Below are positions 46,821 to 57,941 of a stretch of 64,000 nt of DNA, one piece after another (positions within the stretch are counted from its first letter, which is position 1; each line of letters starts with the position of its first letter). Position numbers and translations under genes: made by a program. Source of the stretch: Dudresnaya verticillata. Lineage: Eukaryota. The stretch lies in contig OZ374560.1 in the NCBI GenBank assembly GCA_977862235.1, positions 2,170,001 to 2,234,000 on the forward strand. The letters are read 5' to 3'. A model generated the notes under the pieces. It searched no databases and was not told where the DNA came from. It saw only the letters and a program-made list of their open reading frames with translations.

Positions 46821-46828
46821 TTTTTTTT
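46821..46828 (+). terminator. RNA polymerase III terminator (T8)
   Basis: A run of 8 T begins 13 nt downstream of the tRNA discriminator base. Confidence 0.85.
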
Positions 46829-46975
46829 GCACAGCGGATTGAAGGGAGATCTGCGGCGCATTACGTCCCATCTCCTCCACCGGAAGAAGTCGCACGCCCC
46901 ACGCCCCTCTGCGAGTCCATTGGACTGCTACGGACGGTACGGGCACCTCATTCTTCCCAACAGACAATCCATCGG

Positions 46976-49515
46976 TGATGACAGAGTTTACTCAACAAAG
47001 TTTAGAGTGCATTTGCCTCGTCGTCAACGGCCTATTGGCAAAAACACTACGTAACTAGAGCTGGCCCTATCGATCTGTGGTGGGGTCGTCGGTGTATGTG
47101 GGGGGCCAGTGCGACAGATTTGTTTAATTGCTTTGCTTACGCGGTGAGGGAGGTGGGAGTTGGGTTTGGGTGAGCCAGCAGGTTCAATAGGGGCCGTAGG
47201 CGGCGGACGCGGTGGGCGGCTGCCGGGTTTAGGGGAGGGATCGGGAACGCCCCTAAGTGCCATCGTATGGCGAGAATTGGATGTGCAGTGCATTGCAATT
47301 ACAGGGCTGGCACAAAGTGTGTTAAAGTGTAGACAGGGGCCGGCCGTGTCCCAGCAAGCATGCGGGTCCAGGCTGCAAATTGAGCACTGGGCACGCTGAA
47401 GGTGGGGGCGTTTTTGGGGAGAGGATCGTATTCCGCAGATCATCAATTCCCGAGACATTGGCGGTGTGGAGCGCTGATAATGGAGTCCAGGACATTTTCG
47501 TGGTGATGGAATAGGAGAGTTGTCGGAGCCGGCGTACTGGGGAATGTTGTAGCTGTCGACGGCGATGGGGGGCATCTGGGATTCTAAAAAGTGCTCGCAG
47601 CTTTCTGAGACTGTGCGAGGGCCGCGTTCGGGATTGTTGGGATGCATCCCAGCAAGCAATACGCGGTGTGGCCTGGAGGGTAGAAAGCGTTCTTTGGGCA
47701 TGCCACGAGGCAGGAAGCGCTGCTAAGCTGGCGAGACGATATAGCGTAGCGCAGAAGCTCTGTTGCACAATCTTCAGGCACAGGAGAGGAGTTTTGAGGC
47801 GGAAGAGGGCCCTGAGCTTCCGCATGCGTTGGGCAGACATTGTAGATGACCTCCGGGAGATTACAAGGCGGAAGAAGGTTGTATCCAATATGTCAATCGC
47901 AATCGCACGGCATACAGCTGGGGTGTATGGGGTAATGGCACAGCCGTGTTCGTAGACGGGGCGCACAAATGTATGGTGGATATATATAAGGAGCAGCGTG
48001 TGCAGGCATCTCGGAGGAGATGGGGCCTAATGAGACAAGTGTTCCAAGGTGGCGCCTCGCAGCAGCTATGCATCGTAGGGTCGCTGAGTCCAAAGCCCCC
48101 TTCGGCGAGATCTGGACGCCAAGATAGCGCGCGTCGCATCGCATGTGACGTCGATTGGTTGGCCATCAATGAGGAACATGGATGAGCTAGGGCGTGTACG
48201 ATGTCGTTTCGGGAGGAGGATGGTACACTTGGGGGCAGACCATTGCATTCCATTTTGTTCGGCCCATTCTTGGCATACTTTAAGCGCAGCGCGCAGCTTT
48301 GCCGGGTTGCCAACGTGGAGAATACAGTCATCGGCAAATATGCGGCCTGGCAGATTGTCGTCGGTGGACCCGAGCGCACTGCAGAGGTCATAGGACAGGG
48401 AATCGATGAAGAGGTTGAAGAGGATTGGGCTTAGTGGGGATCCCTGTATCCTGCCGCGTCGTACTTCTGCACTCTCGTTACATGCATCACCTGCCGTGCG
48501 GATTTGTATTGCCACGAGGGCATTGGCGATCATGGCAGTCATGTGCGGTGGCAGCCGCTCTTCACAGCATGCGAGTAGCTTATGCCTGTCTACTCGGCCA
48601 TATGCGCTCTTCAGGTCCAGTACACCACTTTAGCCATCTCCAGCAGCGCTTGCTGCGAACGTGAGTACAGCAGCCATATCTGACCGCAGAAGGGGGTGAA
48701 AGCCAAGCTGCATCCGATGGGGGGCGAAGACTGCTTCCCCCTCGTACGCAATAGCTCGCTCGATGACTTCCCGTAGATGTGCTAGCATGCGGAGCGGTCT
48801 GTAATTTGCGGGATCATCTGTCGGTCCGCCCTTTTGTACTGGAACGAGAAGGCCTTGAGTCCAAGAACGGGGGAAATTCCAAACTTCCCGCAACAGCGCC
48901 AGACCGCGAAAAGTACATCAGCCGATAAGTCCGCGAGGACCTTCAAGGATTCCACGTGTGTGTCGTCTGGCCCTGTCGCCTTTCCAACCTGCATGGAAAG
49001 TATTGCTTTCCGTATGGACGCACGGAACGTGGAAGGGACATAGAACTCGCCGGCAGGGGGCGGATGGGGTTTCTGGCGGTAAGGCAATGTGTCGTGTGAA
49101 GCGTGCGGGCTGGAGGATCCCCTAGGATCGGCTGTGCATGCGGCGTTGGCGTTTGCGTTACTGTATGCGGATGGCGCGGGTAAGGTGCGAGTGCGGTCGC
49201 TCTATCAGCTCTTTCTTTTGTCGGTGTTCTTGTGCACTCCTTACGGCGCGGATACGGGAACGCAGAATGCGCTGTACCGAGCGATAACGTTCCTCGGCTG
49301 ATGCTCCTAGTGCTGGGTCAGACGTTCGTTGAACCCAGCGGAACGCGCGTAAGCTCTGTCTTCGGAGATCCTCGAAGTTCTCACACCAGTAGGGTTTGTT
49401 CCGTTGGGGGTGGAGGGACCGCGGGCGTATCCATGGCTTCGCGAGTATGTCGGGAAGCTGACCGATGAGATCTTGGGCCTCGTCTGGATCGGCGGCATCT
49501 TCGAGGCGGCTGAAA
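46976..49515 (-). mobile_element. 5'-truncated non-LTR (LINE-like) retrotransposon with decayed RT
   Basis: Motifs: GKATGPDD, WTQGLLVPVQKGG...DPANYRP, QLGF, RGRIQGSPLSPILFNLFID, IFADD, RYLGV. Multiple frameshifts and a short ATC tail are present. Confidence 0.92.
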
Positions 49516-49542
49516 TATAATGTTATATTTATTTGCTGTTCA

Positions 49543-49581
<39 letters not shown>
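49543..49581. repeat. (CAT)13 microsatellite at the 3' tail of the next LINE
   Basis: There are 13 perfect CAT units, ~15 nt from the LINE 3' motif. Confidence 0.95.
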
Positions 49582-49583
<2 letters not shown>

Positions 49584-51334
49584 CACATTGTTATTTAAGG
49601 TGATCCAGCGCGGGCAACTTGGGCCCCTGTTTATGCCGGCGCACCGCTAACGAGGTCCTTACCGGGGTCCTGGCGACAGTTCTGTAGCAGGGAGCGAGGA
49701 TCTATTGTGGGGTCCCGCCAGTATGGGAGGGAAAGTCACGTGCACAAAGGGTCCTGATTGCACAAATTGCACGCGAGATGGCTACAAGGGTCTGCGGGGA
49801 GGGGTGTGGCTTGGAGAGGCCGTGGAGTGCGCGGGAACATTTGCGCACTAAATCGCGGGCGGACAGGCAGCGTGGCGGGATGGGAAATGTTCCCAGGTAC
49901 CAACGGATGGCGAGTTTCCTGTCCTTGTGGTGACGGAGTAGGAGTGCGGCGGGAAAAGCGTGAGGTGATGGTAGACCGGGGCCGGTCGGCACCCTGAGAG
50001 CACAGTCTCCCATTCTCCGAGAAGAGCAGTGGAGAGAGCTTTGGGCGGAAAAGGGAGGCAGGCTGCCATATACAGTGGGGAGTTTGGGAGGTTTCGGAGG
50101 TCAGCGAGGGTTTGTTGAGCATGCCAGCCGCTGTTTGCATCGGATCGGCACTGAGTCTTGAGCAGGCTTGCAACAAATTTGTACAGCAGAGATTCTTGGC
50201 GGGTCCGTGGGGAATCGATACGAAAAAGTACGCGCAGTTTCCGCAGGCGGTTCTTTGACTTTCGCATTGTGTCTTGAGAGATAGCAATTCGGAAAAGGAG
50301 GAGTCTAACCCATCCAGGGCGGAGATGAGCGCGGGGTTGTAGGGGACAAGGGTGCAGCCGTGCTCGACCGTGGTCCTAAGAAATGTCTTGTAAATGAACC
50401 GTAATGCGTTTGCGGGCATTTCAGAGGTGAGGAAGTCCATATAGACTAGCATGTCCAGGGCCTTCTTTGCCGCAGCGATTCGATTCAGAGTCGTCGAGGA
50501 GAGAACGCCAGTAGAGGAAATATCCATTCCTAGGTATCCTGTAGAGTCTCGGACTTGGATTCGCTCTCCATTGAGGTAGAAAGCCGCAGAGCTCGAGCGA
50601 CAGCGATGTGTGTTGGGAAGGATGAAGGCGCACTTGTTGACTGCCCAGAGCATATCATAGCGGCGGGCCCAGTTTTCGCAGATTGACAGTGCTTCGCGGA
50701 GCTCGCAGTTGAGCGGAGTTTCAAAAGGCAATCATACGCAAACAATTTTCCCGGGAGGGTATTCTGGGATCTTTGGAACTCTTCGCAGAGTGAGTACGCG
50801 AGTGTATCGATGAATAGGGTGAATAGAGCAGAGCTCAATGGTGAGCCCTGCACGACGCCTCGGCGAATGGGTGCTTTGAATCTTGTGGCATCGCCTACAG
50901 TTTGCACAGAGAGGGTCCCCATCGTTGCCCTTACCATACCTGTTAGGTGCGGTGGCAGACTTTCATGGCATATTTCTAGAAGCTTGTGGCGATCTACTCT
51001 ATATAGCTCTGTCGTATGCACTTCTCAGGTCCAGGACCGCTGTGTAGTTGTCTCCAGTCTTGTGGGCAGCGAGTGTCATCGCAACAGCCATTTCCGTGGG
51101 CAGGCGGCGTTGAAACCCAAGCTGCATCCTATGGGGCTTGAAGACAGCATCGATTTCAGAGGCAATCGCACGTTCGATTGTCTTACGTAGATTGGACAGG
51201 ATGCAGATGGGACGGTAGTTCGCTGGGTCGTTCTTCTCTCCTTTCTTGTAGACAGGCACAAGGAGGCCTTGGTTCCAGGAATCCGGGAAGATACCGAACC
51301 GCCCACAACACTGCCACAAAGCGAAGAGCAGATC
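49543..51334 (-). mobile_element. 5'-truncated non-LTR (LINE-like) retrotransposon with decayed RT
   Basis: Motifs: WNQGLLVPVYKKGEKNDPANYRPI, VLDLRSAYD, GVVQGSPLS, LFAYD (mutated FADD), GYLGM, IRWYLGTFP. Confidence 0.92.
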
Positions 51335-52675
51335 AGATCTGGTTCTGAGTGAGAATAACTCAATTTTACCTCCCGATTCCACTGCTGGAAAGAAGAAGAT
51401 CGTGGGTCCAAATCAGCTGCAGGGAGAGAACACCTCGCTTTTACTGACCGATTCAAGTGCTGGGAAGAACAACATGTTGTTGCAATGTTGGTGCAGGTCT
51501 TCCGTCAGGTGAGAATCTCTCACTTTTACGTGCCGATTCCACTGCTGTGAAGAAGGAGAGTGCGGGTGCAGATCTTCCGTCGGGTGAGAAAAACTCGCGT
51601 TTAGCTGTCGACTCAAGTACTGGAAAGGAGAGTGTGGGTGCACATCTTCAGCCGAGTGAGAATGGCTCACTTTTACTTGCGATAGTGCTGAGGAGAAGGA
51701 AAGTGCGAGTGCAGATTTTCCGCCAAGAGAATGGCTCATTTTTGCCTGCCGATTCCACTGCTGTGAAGAAGGAGAGTGCGGGCGTAGATCTTCCGCCAGG
51801 TGAGAATAGCTCACATTTGCCTGCCGAGTGCACTGCTGGGAAGGGGGACAGTGGGGTACAGATCTTCAGCCGGGTGAGAATAGCTCCCATTTACCTGCCG
51901 ATTCCTGTGTTGAGGAGAAGGAGAGTGCGGATACAGATCTACAATGGGGTGAGCATAACTCATGCTTACTTGCCGATTCCACTACTGTAAAGAAGAAGAT
52001 CGCGGGTGCAGATCAGCTGCAGGGAGAGAACACCTCGCTTTTTACCGACCGACCCAAGTTCCGGGAAGAAGAACAATGTGGGTGCGGATCTTCCGCCAGG
52101 TGATAATATCTCACTTTATATGCCGATTCCACTGCTGTGAAGAAAGAGAGTGGGGGTACAGATCTTCCGCTGGGTGAGAATAACTCTCGTTCACCTGCCG
52201 ATTCCAGTCCTGGAAAGGAGAGCGTGGGTGCAGATCTTCCGCCGGGTGAGAATAACTCACGATCACCTGCGGATTCCAGTGCTGTGAAGAAGGAGAGTGT
52301 GGGTACAGATCTTCCGTCAGGTGAGAGTGGCTCACTTTTACCTGCCGACTCAAGTGCTGGAAAGGAGAGTGAGGAGACAGATGTACAGTCGGGAGAGTTA
52401 GTTACCGAGCACAGGGCTGGGAAGAAGGGTGGCATGTGTACAGTACCATCGTTGGATGCGGAAGAAGCTCTGGTAGCCCCTGAATGTAGCATCTTACGAG
52501 AAGAATGATATGGCTTCAGAGCTCAAGGAAGAAGATTTCCTCCTGAGGAATTCCAAACTCCGATTCTGCGTTTTCTGCGTTAGATTGAGGAAGCTCTATC
52601 CAAGTATCTCAGCTACACGATGTACAGGTGATTGACGGAAACTCGCTTCTGTCCAAGATTTAAAGCAATTCCCAA
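51335..52675 (+). pseudogene. Frameshifted partial duplicate of the repeat region and 3' end of the 35596-40191 gene (matches ~38913-40330)
   Basis: It has the same 72-bp units and the unique tail PSLDAEEALVA. It carries several frameshifts and has no N-terminal part. Confidence 0.92.
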
Positions 52676-53240
52676 TGACAGGCGCGTCGCACACTTGCGG
52701 CGCTATCAACCTTCGGCACCCAGGCATCCAAGATACAATATTCTACGGCAAGATACGCCACCTGCAATACTAGAAATAAGAGAATGGACGATGGCACTAC
52801 CAGGAAGAAGGACGGCGCCGGTTTACAGCCATCACCGGCTACCGCCGGCTCTGCAATGCCCGGACCCGTCAAGTCCGGAAGCTAGCCACACGCTAGCATC
52901 TGGGGACATTCCCGATCCCACCCAGCTGCACAGCCGCCCGCCTCGCGTTGCGATCGCATGCACAGACGCTGTCACAGTGGCCGCTTCCCGACCGAAGCGG
53001 TCACTCCAAGACCCCGATTGGATCGGTTGGACCATCCGCCGTCGCCCGCGTCTGCGACGTCCTGCGAGCCATCCGTCGTATAAGCCTCGATCTCGAAGAC
53101 TCGCCGCCCAGTAGACCGGCCCACCCACCACCACAACTCCATTCTGTAGTGTACCACTCCCCGCCCTCCAAAAGCGCGTGTGAGAGCAAATGGGCCACAG
53201 GTCGCCCACGCAGGACCACGATAAATACAACACCAAAACG
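52676..53240 (+). mobile_element. LINE-like 3' fragment
   Basis: EWTMALPGRRTAPVYSHHRLPPAL matches AWSDALSGRRAAPVYPSHRFPP of the 34070 element. The 3' motif GGGCCACAGGTCGCCCACGCAGGACCACGATAAA lies at ~53192. Confidence 0.82.
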
Positions 53241-53838
53241 CGGCGATAGACCGCGGCGAGAAAGCCGGGCGCTGCCAACAAAACCACGCAATCCCTTTCG
53301 CGCCACGCCCACGTAACGCTCGCGCGCGCATCACAGCTGTCAACCACCACCGCGGCCGCCGCCGCATAGACGGCAGTCCGTATGTCCGTGCCTCTGTACG
53401 CATCACCATGACAGACACAGTCTGTCCGCCTGCGACACCGCGACACGTACGCGCCGCTCCCGCCGCGGCTCTGCGGAAACACGGCGACGCGCGCACGCCG
53501 CCCGACACGCACCGCGCGGTGCGGAATTCAGGAGAGAGTTGATGGCAATGTCAGCCGCGCCGTCGGATCTTTCGCCCGCGGCCCGCCAATTTCGCCGTAC
53601 ATGACGCGCCGCCGATGGCACCACCACCACACGCGCCCGCTGCCACCCCGCTGACAACTCTCCTGTCTGCCGCGACACGCGCCCGCCACGCCGCGCCGCG
53701 CCGCGCCGCTCCGACAGTCACCCGCTCCGGTGTTTCCGCGCCTCGCGCAACCGCGCCGCCGTTTACACCGTCGCCCGCGCGCCTCTTCCTGTCCCCCGCA
53801 GTCCGCGATGCCGCCCGCACAAACACGCCGCGCGCGCG

Positions 53839-54175
53839 CAGTCATGGAACGCGGCACAGGCACCGCCGGTCGCATAGCCGCGAGCAAATTCAGCGCCCCA
53901 TGCGGCAGCACACTCGCATCGACACCCTCCTGCCACCTGACGTTTACACACAACAAACGTCCCCCGCCAGTCCGGCCTCCGTCGCTTTCCGGAACACATC
54001 CCGCCCGCACAGTCATGGAACGCGGCACCATCCTGTGGTGCAGGCGCTCGCCGTGGGCAAATTCAGCGCCGCATGCGGCAGCACGCACCCAAACCCTGCC
54101 ACCTGACGTCTACCATACAACAAACATCCGCCCCCAGTCCGGCCTCCATCGCTTTCCGGAACACATCCCTCCCGC
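53839..54175. repeat. Diverged ~171-bp tandem duplication in the promoter of the Cys-rich gene
   Basis: CAGTCATGGAACGCGGCAC occurs at 53839 and 54010. Both copies share GCAAATTCAGCGCC, CCTGCCACCTGACGT and CGCTTTCCGGAACACATCC. Confidence 0.88.
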
Positions 54176-54277
54176 GCCGGCCCGCCCCGCCCGCATCGCG
54201 CTCGCATCCCGCGACAACGCACCGCCTCGCACGCAACCGCCCATGCGCTGCACCCTCGTGCGCCTTCCGCGCACCAG

Positions 54278-54284
54278 TATAAAG
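54278..54284 (+). promoter_or_regulatory. Putative TATA box
   Basis: TATAAAG stands out in very GC-rich DNA, ~190 nt upstream of the ATG at 54471. Confidence 0.6.
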
Positions 54285-54470
54285 GACCCACGCCTTGCAA
54301 AACTACAGACCCCGACTCGGGCGCGTAAACCCACCTCCGAACCCACAGCTCTCCCCCGCGCATCGCCAACGCATACCTCCCCCTTCGCAACATCCATCGC
54401 GCACGCCGTAGCAACCCACCGCCAAGCAGCGCCACGAAAACGCCCCCATCCCTCTACCCGACCCGCAACA

Positions 54471-56108
54471 ATGCCCGCGGCACCGCTCGCGCTCGCCGCA
54501 CTGCTGCTCGTGCAGCTCGCCGTGATCCCATGCGCGTCCGCCGCCCCGTCACACCCGCGTCTACACCCGCGTGCGGCCGCCGACGCTTGCCAGCCCTGCG
54601 TCTCCGACGCGTCGTGCTGCGCTGCGCCGCCGTGTCGCCCGCCCGCCGCCACCAAGTGCTGGGCCGCCGTCTGCTCCGACGGCAGCTATGCCTCGCTCGT
54701 GCGCTGCTTCACAGCAGAGTGCGGCGCGTGCAGGAAGGATACTGAATGCGCAACCAAGAAGTGCTGGAACAGGAAATGCGTGTTCAACACGAAAGAGTCA
54801 ATGGCCAAGTGCTTTCCCAGGCCGGATTGCGAGGACTGTGACGCCGATGAGCAGTGCGAGTCTGGCAAATGTTGGGCCGGGAAATGCACAGAGGGGAGTT
54901 ATGAATCCCTGGTAGGCTGCTTCACAGCCGAGTGTGGACGGTGCAAGAAAGACACGGAATGTGCCACCAAGAAGTGCTGGAACAAGAAGTGTGTTTTCAA
55001 CACGAAAGAGTCGATGGCCAAATGCTTCCCCATGGCAGATTGTGAGGACTGCGACGCAGATGAACAATGTGAGTCGGGTAAGTGCTGGGCCGGCAAGTGC
55101 ACAGACGGGTCTTATGAATCACTCACGGGCTGTTTCGCAGAAGAATGCGGGCGGTGCAAGAAAGACACCGAATGTGCAACGAAGAAGTGCTGGAACAAGA
55201 AGTGCGTGTTCAACACGAAGGAGTCGATGGCGAAGTGCTTTCCAAGGCCGGATTGCGAAGACTGCGACGCCAATGAGCAGTGTGCTTCCGGCAAGTGCTG
55301 GGCCGGCAAGTGCACAGACGAGTCTTATGAATCGCTCACGGGCTGTTTCACAGCAGAATGCGGGCGATGCAAGAAGGACACGGAATGTGCCACTAAGAAG
55401 TGCTGGAACAAGAAGTGCGTGTTCAACACGAAGGAGTCGATGTCCAAATGCTTCCCCAAGGCAGATTGCGCGGACTGCGACGTCGATGAGCAGTGTGCTT
55501 CCGGCAAGTGCTGGGCCGGCAAGTGCACAGACGGGTCTTATGAATCGCTCACGGGCTGTTTCACAGCAGAATGCGGGCGATGCAGGAAGGACACGGAATG
55601 TGCCACTAAGAAGTGCTGGAACAAGAAGTGCGTGTTCAACACGAAAGAGTCGATGTCCAAATGCTTCCCCAAGGCAGATTGCGAGGACTGCGACGTCGAT
55701 GAGCAGTGTGCTTCCGGCAAGTGCTGGGCCGGCAAGTGCACAGACGGGTCGTACAACTCGCTAGTAGGCTGCTTCACAGCCGAGTGCGAGCCATGCAAGA
55801 AGGACACGGAATGCGCGACGAAGAAGTGCTGGAAGCGCAAGTGCGCGTTCAACACGCGGTCATCCAAGACCAAGTGCGCTCCAAGGGCGGACTGCCGCAC
55901 GTGCACGTCGGACGAGCAGTGCGCGTCGCGCAAGTGCTGGGCGCGGCGGTGCACGGACGGGTCGTACCGCGCGCTGCTCAAGTGCTTCCGCGGCGAGTGC
56001 GGCCGGTGCAAGAAGGACACCGAGTGCGCCACGCGCAAGTGCTGGAACGGCAAGTGTGTGTTTGACACGGCGGCGTCGCGGAACAAGTGCTTTGGCGCGG
56101 GCGAGTGA
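54471..56108 (+). CDS. Secreted cysteine-rich tandem-repeat protein (545 aa; signal peptide plus 7 units of two 6-Cys modules)
   Basis: MPAAPLALAALLLVQLAVIPCASA looks like a signal peptide. The 71-aa (213-bp) units have the same Cys spacing as the gene at 1-1415. Confidence 0.92.
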   Translation: MPAAPLALAALLLVQLAVIPCASAAPSHPRLHPRAAADACQPCVSDASCCAAPPCRPPAATKCWAAVCSDGSYASLVRCFTAECGACRKDTECATKKCWNRKCVFNTKESMAKCFPRPDCEDCDADEQCESGKCWAGKCTEGSYESLVGCFTAECGRCKKDTECATKKCWNKKCVFNTKESMAKCFPMADCEDCDADEQCESGKCWAGKCTDGSYESLTGCFAEECGRCKKDTECATKKCWNKKCVFNTKESMAKCFPRPDCEDCDANEQCASGKCWAGKCTDESYESLTGCFTAECGRCKKDTECATKKCWNKKCVFNTKESMSKCFPKADCADCDVDEQCASGKCWAGKCTDGSYESLTGCFTAECGRCRKDTECATKKCWNKKCVFNTKESMSKCFPKADCEDCDVDEQCASGKCWAGKCTDGSYNSLVGCFTAECEPCKKDTECATKKCWKRKCAFNTRSSKTKCAPRADCRTCTSDEQCASRKCWARRCTDGSYRALLKCFRGECGRCKKDTECATRKCWNGKCVFDTAASRNKCFGAGE

Positions 56109-57299
56109 AGGCGTGTGCGTCGGGTTTGACTCCTGGGAGTTTGTATAGGCGAAATTATAAGTGCGAAATAGGTTTCACAGGTGTCGACGTCTTTCCGTCG
56201 TCGGTAAACATGTCTGCCATGCGACTGAGCGGCCTGTAGCTACCGGGACAGCGGCCAACACGTGACGCCTCGCGACAAAGTGATTTCCTCTCTCTCCCGG
56301 CGAGTTTGGAGAGTCCGTCCCCACCTAAAAGACCCTACCCATAATGTATTGTCGTGCGCGTCAAGTTGCGTCGCTCTCTGCGATCATTGACCGTATTGTC
56401 GGCGCGCCAGATCGGCAATCGGCGAGGCTGGAATTCTGCTTGGAGAGTGGGGAGAGCCCAATCTAGCACCATGCCCATTGCTTGGTCCATATCACACGCA
56501 TTCTAACGAAGCGACTATGTCAGCGCATGGTCGTTTAACACACATAGAAAAATACCTCACAATACCCCACCACGTTACAAACCCGCGTCCACCCCTTCCA
56601 TTCGCAACTTTCGCCGCACCCACTTCGATCATGGAAGCCGCTTCAAAACGACATGTATCAGAGCTGTCCGAGCACAAACAGGGCAGAGGGCACGGCCCGT
56701 CTTCGTCACGATTCGGGCGGCAATGTCTCTACTGTTGAGGCTGTGCCGTGTAGTCCTCCCAGTACCGAATTCCTGAACCCTTCTTCGCCAGTTCTTCTGC
56801 CCCCTAATTGACCCGATTCATACCTTCCTGAGCCCTTCTGCCCCGTCACGGCACACCACTGGACAGTTTCTGGTTGGACCCGCCATATGACTCCGGCACA
56901 GCTGCTTGCTCTTTCCATGTTCGGAGCATCTTGCAGGGTCATTCGGAAAAAGGAGAAGAACAAAGTCTTCTTCTTCTCTCCCACAGAACGCCCGTGCGGG
57001 AAAGAAACAGAATGCTGGGCAAGGAATATTCCAGTAGCGAGACAGACTGGGTGTAAAAGGGAATAAGGAAAGCACGACGCAATTTTGCATCATGTAGGTG
57101 GTACCGAACGAGTTGAGTGGAGCAACTTCAACATCACATGCATGTAATCAAGCTAATACTTGAGTGCTGATTGCTCTGCTCGCTCCAAATATGGTCAAAG
57201 CCGTATGTCACGAGGCTGGTCTGGTACGAAAGCTTAGACAAATGCTTGTGCTGTGAGAGGTATTGTTGCAGCGATATCGCTCAACGAGGGAGATATGCG

Positions 57300-57800
57300 G
57301 TTCTCCCCCGGCCAGCCGGGCCAGCCAGGTGACTAACGTAGTACAATATCTTGAGTTCGGTTCTGAACCACCTTCGAGTTGGCGATATTGAAAAGGAAAT
57401 GATTGCTTTATTCGCTACAGCAATCAATAGACCCAATGACTCTTAGTACATTTGTAGAGAAAGGCGCCCTGATAGAAGAAGGTATCGTACCTAATGTACG
57501 TAGTAAATTTAAGACGAAGGAAAGGACTTGAAGTGCCTTAGACAAGGGAGGGCGGGAGGGAGAACGAAGGAAAGAACTTTCCGGGGTTAGCGGAGCGGCA
57601 CCGAGTCAGCGTTAAGTACTGTGCTTGGCGAACCAGCGGAGGGAATAGGGACGGGTAGCAACGATCACGGTCGACCGATTTCGTGTCAACACTGCAAGCT
57701 CATCCTTACTTGGTGTATTTGGTGTAGATAAGTCTTCACCGTATATGCGACCTAATTTGTGCGAGAAACTTTGTGTTGAGTCGAACACCGTCCATTTCCA
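57300..57800 (-). mobile_element. Possible old LINE-like remnant
   Basis: GGGAGAACGAAGGAAAGAACTTT at ~57558 matches GGGAGAACGAAGGAAGGAACTTA at ~62327, which lies next to a LINE 3' motif. Confidence 0.45.
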
Positions 57801-57941
57801 GAACGGTCGACCAGCCCCCTATCCTTGGACAGAGCTTTTCAATAGTGTAGACGTCTTCGACCTATACTGAAAAATGTCCTCGTTCGTTTGATGTATCTGT
57901 CACCGGTCGGTCCTCACTCCCCCTCCGGGCGTACCGGAAGG

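Noticed and set aside
49465..49650. Poly-His ORF
   Set aside because: It is a translation of the (CAT)13 LINE tail.
53730..54470. N-terminal 247 aa of the 792-aa ORF
   Set aside because: It has a non-ATG start and GC-rich low-complexity translation across a promoter duplication and TATA box. The ATG at 54471 gives a clean signal peptide.
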